Of a DNA stretch of 64,000 nt, positions 58,439 to 64,000 are shown one piece after another. The DNA comes from a virus. A model generated the notes under the pieces. That model was not told the DNA's origin and ran no database searches. It worked only from the letters and a program-made list of their open reading frames with translations. Location: IMG/VR virus record IMGVR_UViG_3300027759_000074, positions 1-64,000 of that record; one strand, 5' to 3'. Each line of letters begins with the position of its first letter. Within the stretch, counting starts at the first letter, position 1. The translations under genes were made by a program, and so were the position numbers.

Positions 58439-59730
58439 TGTCCTCACTCATTTTAGGCGGAGATACCTCAGGAACCATAACGTTAACAGTGCCAGCTACC
58501 GCTGGTACAAATACTATAACGCTTCCAGCGTCTACCGGTACTGCGATTACTACAGCGTCAACATCAGGTGTACCTAATACAATCAACTGGACAACAGTAC
58601 AAACAACGAGTGTAAGCCCAGCGGTAGCAGGTACAGGTTACCCAATGAACACAACAAGCGGTGCTCTCACCGTGACATTACCAGCAAGCCCAACTGCAGG
58701 TAACTTAATTTCTATAGTAGACTACGCAGGAACAGCGGCTACAAATAATATAACGATCAATCCAAACGGCTTAAAAATAAATGGCGGTACTGCTAATGCT
58801 TTAATTTCAGTAAATCGTGAAGCTATTAATTTAGTTTATGTAGATAGTACTCAAGGCTGGTTAGCTTATGCTGATGTTTATTCTACAACTTCTCCTTTAC
58901 CTCAACCTTATACAGCTTCTTATTTAGTAGTAGCTGGCGGTGGCGGTGGTGGTTCAAGAGTTGGTGGAGGTGGAGGTGCTGGGGGTGTAGTATCAGGAAC
59001 AATAACCTTAAATCCCAATACTGTTTATACTGCTGTGGTAGGTGGAGGTGCAGCAGGTCAGGCTCAAACACCAGCAGGGAATAAAGGATCAAGCGGATCT
59101 AATTCTACATTCCCAGGGGTTACTACTGCTTTAGGCGGAGGTGGTGGTACAGGATTTAATCAAGGAGCAGCTGTATCAGGAGGTTCTGGTGGCGGTGGTG
59201 GTTCAGGTGAAAATGGTTCTACACCAGCACCAGGTGCAGCAGGTACTCCAGGTCAAGGTAATGGCGGAGGTACTGGTGCAGGTCCATTATGGGCTGCCGG
59301 TGGTGGCGGTGGAGCTGGCGCTGTTGGAGGAAACGGAACATCTGGTACAATTGGTGGTGCAGGTGGTGCAGGGCTAGCTTCCTCTATTACAGGATCCTCA
59401 GTAATATATGGTGGCGGCGGCGGAGCTAATGCTGATTCTGCTGGCGGTTTAGGAGGTCCAGGAACACCAGGAGTTTCTGGTGGTAACGGCTCACCAGGAC
59501 CAAGTACACCTCTTGCGGCTGCTAATAATGGAGTTGTTAATACTGGCGGTGGCGGTGGTGGTATAGGCACAACTGGACCTAGTACAAGTTCAGGTGGTTC
59601 AGGCGTAGTCATACTTTCTGTTCCCACAGCTAATTATTCTGGTACGACAACAGGTTCACCTACAATTACAACATCAGGTGCAAACACAATTATTAAATAT
59701 ACATCTGGTTCAGGAACTTACACAGCATAA
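58438..59730 (+). CDS. Gly-rich adhesin / tail protein, paralogue 1
   Basis: ASYLVVAGGG...GSGVVILSVPT. Confidence 0.7.
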   Translation: MSSLILGGDTSGTITLTVPATAGTNTITLPASTGTAITTASTSGVPNTINWTTVQTTSVSPAVAGTGYPMNTTSGALTVTLPASPTAGNLISIVDYAGTAATNNITINPNGLKINGGTANALISVNREAINLVYVDSTQGWLAYADVYSTTSPLPQPYTASYLVVAGGGGGGSRVGGGGGAGGVVSGTITLNPNTVYTAVVGGGAAGQAQTPAGNKGSSGSNSTFPGVTTALGGGGGTGFNQGAAVSGGSGGGGGSGENGSTPAPGAAGTPGQGNGGGTGAGPLWAAGGGGGAGAVGGNGTSGTIGGAGGAGLASSITGSSVIYGGGGGANADSAGGLGGPGTPGVSGGNGSPGPSTPLAAANNGVVNTGGGGGGIGTTGPSTSSGGSGVVILSVPTANYSGTTTGSPTITTSGANTIIKYTSGSGTYTA

Positions 59731-61013
59731 TGGCTTCTTTCATTGTTTACGGTGACGCGTCAGGTCAGGTTACAGTTAAAGCTCCTGCTGTTGCAGGGAC
59801 AAACACAATCACGTTCCCAGCTGAAACAGGTACACTTTATACATCAGCGTCAACATCGTACCTAAATGGTCAAATCGCATGGGACACAACAGTCAAAACA
59901 GCAGGGTTCACAGCGGTAGCCTATGGCGGTTATTTTTGTAATACAGCAAATGCAGCGTTTACAGTAACCCTACCCGCAACACCTTCTCGTGGTCAGTTTG
60001 TAGTCATTGTTGACTATGCAGGAACAAGTGCGACTAATAATATAACTGTAAGCCCTAACGGCGGAAAAATAAATGGACTAACAGGTAATGCGAGTATGAA
60101 TACAAATAGACAAGGCATTACATTTACCTATATCGATTCAACACAAGGTTGGTTATCTACAAGCAACGTTTATGGTGGTAATCCTCCTTTTACAAGAGCT
60201 TATACTGCTTCTTATTTAGTTGTAGCTGGTGGCGCATCGGGAGGAACAGCAGCTTCTGGACTATGGGAAACTGGAGGTGGTGGTGGAGCTGGAGGTTATA
60301 TAACAGGAACTACATCTTTAAATATTGGAACTGTTTATACAGCTGTAGTAGGTGGCGGTGGATCAGCGGTTTCTAGTAGTTCTAGTGGTAACAATGGTAG
60401 CAGCAGTCAATTTGATACAGTCTCCGCAACAGGCGGCGGCGGCGGCGGTGGTGGTAATGCCACACCTCGGATTGCAAAATCAGGAGGGTCAGGCGGCGGC
60501 GGGTCTGGATATGATTTTAGAGATGGAGGAGCAGGAACACCTGGACAAGGTTTTGCTGGAGGAAGTGGATATGCAGATGGTGGTGGTGGAAATGCTGGTG
60601 GCGGTGGCGGCGGTGGATCTAGTGCTGTAGGTAATAATGCTACAAATGCAAATGGAGCAACAGGCGGTGCTGGAACAGCATCTTCTATAACTGGAGCTTC
60701 AGTAACTTATGCTGGCGGAGGGGGCGGTGCAGGGGGTAACAACTCAGGATCAGGTGGTGCTGGAGGCTCAGGTGGCGGCGGTGCAGGTGCCGTAGGTGGA
60801 ACAGCTACTTCAGGTACTGCTAATACAGGAGGTGGTGGCGGAGGTAATTCAAGATCAGGAACTAGCGGCGCTGGTGGATCAGGCGTTGTTATTATAAGCG
60901 TTCCCACTGCATCATATTCAGGTACAACTACAGGAAGCCCTACAATAACTACATCAGGAAGTAATACTATAATTAAATGGACTACCGCAGGTAGTGGAAC
61001 TTACACAGCATAG
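59730..61013 (+). CDS. Gly-rich adhesin / tail protein, paralogue 2
   Basis: Same framework. Confidence 0.7.
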   Translation: MASFIVYGDASGQVTVKAPAVAGTNTITFPAETGTLYTSASTSYLNGQIAWDTTVKTAGFTAVAYGGYFCNTANAAFTVTLPATPSRGQFVVIVDYAGTSATNNITVSPNGGKINGLTGNASMNTNRQGITFTYIDSTQGWLSTSNVYGGNPPFTRAYTASYLVVAGGASGGTAASGLWETGGGGGAGGYITGTTSLNIGTVYTAVVGGGGSAVSSSSSGNNGSSSQFDTVSATGGGGGGGGNATPRIAKSGGSGGGGSGYDFRDGGAGTPGQGFAGGSGYADGGGGNAGGGGGGGSSAVGNNATNANGATGGAGTASSITGASVTYAGGGGGAGGNNSGSGGAGGSGGGGAGAVGGTATSGTANTGGGGGGNSRSGTSGAGGSGVVIISVPTASYSGTTTGSPTITTSGSNTIIKWTTAGSGTYTA

Positions 61014-61021
61014 GATATAAT

Positions 61022-61312
61022 ATGGCTAAAATGACTATAGAAGAACTTATAAAAGAATTTAGTAACGAACAAGGTTTTCAATTTGGTATTGACATTGTGA
61101 TGAAGTCATTAAGACCAGGTGCACTTTACGGCTTATCAGCCTCTGGAGGTACTTTTGAAATCGTATCGTGGGATGAATCAAACACAGAACCAGCGCCGTC
61201 ATCACAAGAAATACGAGATGAATATATTCGTCACCAAACCATTAAAGAATTTATAGAGTTTATGGAACAAGCAAAGCTAAATAAAAAATCAAGAGTTAGG
61301 AAAACTGCTTAA
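61022..61312 (+). CDS. Tail-fibre assembly-like (XkdW-like) protein
   Basis: SLRPGA..W..P.PS..EI. Confidence 0.4.
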   Translation: MAKMTIEELIKEFSNEQGFQFGIDIVMKSLRPGALYGLSASGGTFEIVSWDESNTEPAPSSQEIRDEYIRHQTIKEFIEFMEQAKLNKKSRVRKTA

Positions 61313-62430
61313 TGGCTATTGTAATAGACTCGCTTAAAGGTATTACCCAAGCTGGCTGGACTACAGCAGGTCGCCCTGCCACACCTAGTGCTGGACAAGT
61401 AGGCTTTAATACATCGTTAAATGCGTTTGAACAATATAATGGTACAGGCTGGGCTACAATCTCATCATGGACAACAGCAAATAGACCTGTCACACCCGTA
61501 GCTGGATTTAGTGGATTTAACACTACACTTTTAGCTTTTGAATTTTACAATGGAAGTACTTGGATTGGAGTTGATTCTAGTATCCTTGCTCCTGTTACTG
61601 CTAGTTATTTAGTTGTAGCCGGTGGTGCTGCTGGTGGATCAGGTGACTCAGCAACTAGTGGCGCATTTAGATCTGGCGGCGGCGGTGGCGCGGGAGGATA
61701 TTTAACTGGTACTACATCTTTAACTATAGGAGTTGTTTATACAGCTGTAGTAGGTGGCGGCGGTGCTGCAGGAACAACTGGTGGAAATGGAAACGTAGGA
61801 ACAGCCTCTACAATTAGTGGATCAGGTTTTACTACAATAACAGCATCTGGCGGTGGATACGGCGGTGGATATGCAAATGCTGGAGGATCTGGTGGGTCTG
61901 GCGGCGGTGGTGGAGGTAATAATCAATCGGGAGCAGCTGGAACCCCGGGACAAGGAAATTCGGGTAGTAATGGGGCTAATCCAGGCGGAGGAGCTGGTGG
62001 AGGTGGTGGAGGTGGATCTGCATCTGCTGGAGTAACCCCTGGTACTGTTGGTAACGGAGGTAATGCCACTGCTAACTCTATTACAGGAACCCCTGCTTTT
62101 TATGCTGGTGGTGGTGGTGGTGGCGCGGGAGCAGCTCCTAGTACTCCAGGTTTAGGCGGTCCAGGTACTCCAGGTGTTTCAGGCGGTAATGGACCAGGCA
62201 ATGCTGACGGAACTGCTGGAATTGCAAATACAGGTGGCGGTGGAGGAGGCGGATGTACTTACTTCCCTGCATTAAAAGTTGGAGGTGCCGGCGGTTCTGG
62301 TGTAGTTATTCTTTCAGTACCAACATCCAAATATACAGGCACTACTACAGGCAGCCCAACAGTAACAACTAGTGGAGCAAATACGATTATTAAATGGACC
62401 ACTGCTGGTTCAGGAACTTACACAGCTTAA
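61312..62430 (+). CDS. Gly-rich adhesin / tail protein, paralogue 3
   Basis: Two WTTAxRP..YNG repeats plus the Gly-rich domain. Confidence 0.7.
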   Translation: MAIVIDSLKGITQAGWTTAGRPATPSAGQVGFNTSLNAFEQYNGTGWATISSWTTANRPVTPVAGFSGFNTTLLAFEFYNGSTWIGVDSSILAPVTASYLVVAGGAAGGSGDSATSGAFRSGGGGGAGGYLTGTTSLTIGVVYTAVVGGGGAAGTTGGNGNVGTASTISGSGFTTITASGGGYGGGYANAGGSGGSGGGGGGNNQSGAAGTPGQGNSGSNGANPGGGAGGGGGGGSASAGVTPGTVGNGGNATANSITGTPAFYAGGGGGGAGAAPSTPGLGGPGTPGVSGGNGPGNADGTAGIANTGGGGGGGCTYFPALKVGGAGGSGVVILSVPTSKYTGTTTGSPTVTTSGANTIIKWTTAGSGTYTA

Positions 62431-62439
62431 GGTTAATAA

Positions 62440-63471
62440 ATGCCAATAATATTAAATGGAACAAACGGTATAACTAATGCATCATGGACAACTGCAACTC
62501 GTCCAACTTCACCTGCAACAGGTCAAACAGGGTGGAATACTACACTTAATTCTTACGAAACATATAATGGTACTGCATGGTCACCGACAGGATCATGGAC
62601 GACTGCAACAAGACCTTCTAGTCCAGCTTCTGGATACTCAGGATATAATTCAACAACTAGTGGATTTGAATTTTATAATGGAAGTACTTGGATCACTATT
62701 ACTAATTCAAAGCTCACATACTCCGCGTCTTATTTAATAGTTGCTGGTGGTGGTGGTGGTGCTAAAGATTTAGGTGGCGGTGGCGGTGCTGGTGGTTTAT
62801 TGGCTGGAACAACTTCTATATCTCCTGGAACTGTTTATACAGCTGTAGTGGGTGCTGGTGGAGCAGGGGGAACATCAGGAGGGGGAACAGCTGGATCGCA
62901 ATCAACATTTACTGGTATTACAACCGCGGTAGGTGGCGGTAATGGAGGCTCTGGAAATGGTGGTTCTGGGGGTGGTGTTAGAGGAACAGGTCCTGCAGGG
63001 TCAGGTACTCCTGGGCAAGGAAATAATGGTGCCAATTCAACTGTAAATGAAGCTGGAGGTGGTGGTGGCGGAGCTGGAGCGGCTGGAACACAAGCTTCAC
63101 CTTCACAAAATGGAAATGGTGGAAATGGCTCAGCTTCAAGTATTACTGGAACCCCAGCTACTTACGCAGGGGGAGGCGGGGGAGGCGGTGGGTATCCTTC
63201 TAGTTCATCACCAGGAAGTGGAACAGGTGGTACCGGTGGTGGCGCAAACGGAGGAAATCCTGGTCAGAGCAGTCCTGCAAATACTGGAGGTGGAGGTGGT
63301 GGTGGAACAGTATCTTCTAATGGCGGTGCTGGTGGTTCTGGTGTAGTTATACTTTCTGTTCCCACAGCTAATTACTCTGGCACAACAACAGGTTCACCTA
63401 CAATTACTACATCAGGTTCTAATACGATTATTAAGTGGACCACTGCGGGTTCAGGTACATATACGGGATAG
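62440..63471 (+). CDS. Gly-rich adhesin / tail protein, paralogue 4
   Basis: Same architecture as paralogue 3. Confidence 0.7.
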   Translation: MPIILNGTNGITNASWTTATRPTSPATGQTGWNTTLNSYETYNGTAWSPTGSWTTATRPSSPASGYSGYNSTTSGFEFYNGSTWITITNSKLTYSASYLIVAGGGGGAKDLGGGGGAGGLLAGTTSISPGTVYTAVVGAGGAGGTSGGGTAGSQSTFTGITTAVGGGNGGSGNGGSGGGVRGTGPAGSGTPGQGNNGANSTVNEAGGGGGGAGAAGTQASPSQNGNGGNGSASSITGTPATYAGGGGGGGGYPSSSSPGSGTGGTGGGANGGNPGQSSPANTGGGGGGGTVSSNGGAGGSGVVILSVPTANYSGTTTGSPTITTSGSNTIIKWTTAGSGTYTG

Positions 63472-63482
63472 GGATTATATAA

Positions 63483-64000
63483 ATGTCAATAGTATTTAAT
63501 GGAACTTCAGGAATTAACAATGTAACTTGGACAACTACAAGTCGTCCAACTTCACCTGCAACAGGTCAAACTGGCTATAACACAGCCCTTAATTCTTACG
63601 AAACATATAATGGCACTGCCTGGACAACTACAGGATCATGGACAACTGCAAACAGACCTGCGAGCCCTTCACAAGGTTATTCAGGTTATAATACATCATT
63701 AAATGCATTTGAATTTTATAATGGTACCTCATGGATAAGTATAAATTCTAATTACTCTAGTTATACCGCCTCTTATTTAGTAGTAGCTGCTGGTGCAGGT
63801 GGTGGTGGATCACATGGCGGTGGCGGTGGTGGTGCGGGAGGATTTTTAACAGGTACACAGACGCTAACTTCAGGCACTTCATATAGCATAACAGTAGGCG
63901 GGGGCGGTGCTGGTGCTGGTCCAGTAGGAGGATCTGCAGGGGCTAATGGTAGCAACTCCGTCTTTAGTGCTATTACAGCTACAGGTGGCGGAGGTGGAGG
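63483..64000 (+). CDS. Gly-rich adhesin / tail protein, paralogue 5 (3' truncated, not in track)
   Basis: MSIVFNGTSG..WTTTSRP..ASYLVVAAGAGGGG; open to the window end. Confidence 0.7.
   Translation, partial: MSIVFNGTSGINNVTWTTTSRPTSPATGQTGYNTALNSYETYNGTAWTTTGSWTTANRPASPSQGYSGYNTSLNAFEFYNGTSWISINSNYSSYTASYLVVAAGAGGGGSHGGGGGGAGGFLTGTQTLTSGTSYSITVGGGGAGAGPVGGSAGANGSNSVFSAITATGGGGG

Noticed and set aside
2050-63955. Many short antisense or alternate-frame ORFs nested in long genes (e.g. 4062-4247, 9992-10300, 59253-59627)
   Set aside because: Shadows of Gly/Ala/Thr codon bias; no RBS or recognisable motifs
58438-64000. Diversity-generating retroelement or shufflon
   Set aside because: No reverse transcriptase or recombinase in the window; differences are not adenine-specific; all copies are intact co-oriented genes
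1-64000. Stop-codon reassignment, tRNA genes, integrase
   Set aside because: Genes are intact under code 11 with all three stops used; no cloverleaf or integrase motif recognised by eye (tRNAscan not run)

Overview
This window is a large part of a tailed dsDNA phage genome (podovirus-like; no tape-measure, sheath or integrase gene seen), circularly permuted. 1-14.6 kb (+): lysis, tail-nozzle and ejection proteins, including a 1879-aa polyvalent protein. 14.6-35.2 kb (-): replication genes (AEP primase/DUF927 helicase, SNF2 helicase, Cas4-like nuclease, family A polymerase) and small early genes. 35.2-36.0 kb: non-coding, iteron- and IHF-rich origin/terminus region. 36.0-37.1 kb (-): accessory operon ending in erpA. 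37.1-64 kb (+): terminase, portal, GroES, scaffold, capsid, small basic virion proteins, tail genes and at least five tandem glycine-rich adhesin paralogues. The main finding is absent from the ORF track: a 23-codon pqqA (PQQ precursor peptide, MWTTPAATEMRFGFEVTMYVMNK) at 45919-45990. It lies in a terminator-bounded cassette with twin palindromes, directly after the capsid gene, and is followed by a pseudoknotted RNA. Together with the phage erpA, this suggests manipulation of PQQ cofactor supply in a probably methylotrophic betaproteobacterial host (inference). Other signals are a recurring [FYM]xxGG motif in virion proteins, a loop-E-type RNA before the polymerase, and about 11 kb of early region lacking CCGG/CCNGG/GGCC. 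Family assignments are from motif recognition, not database searches.
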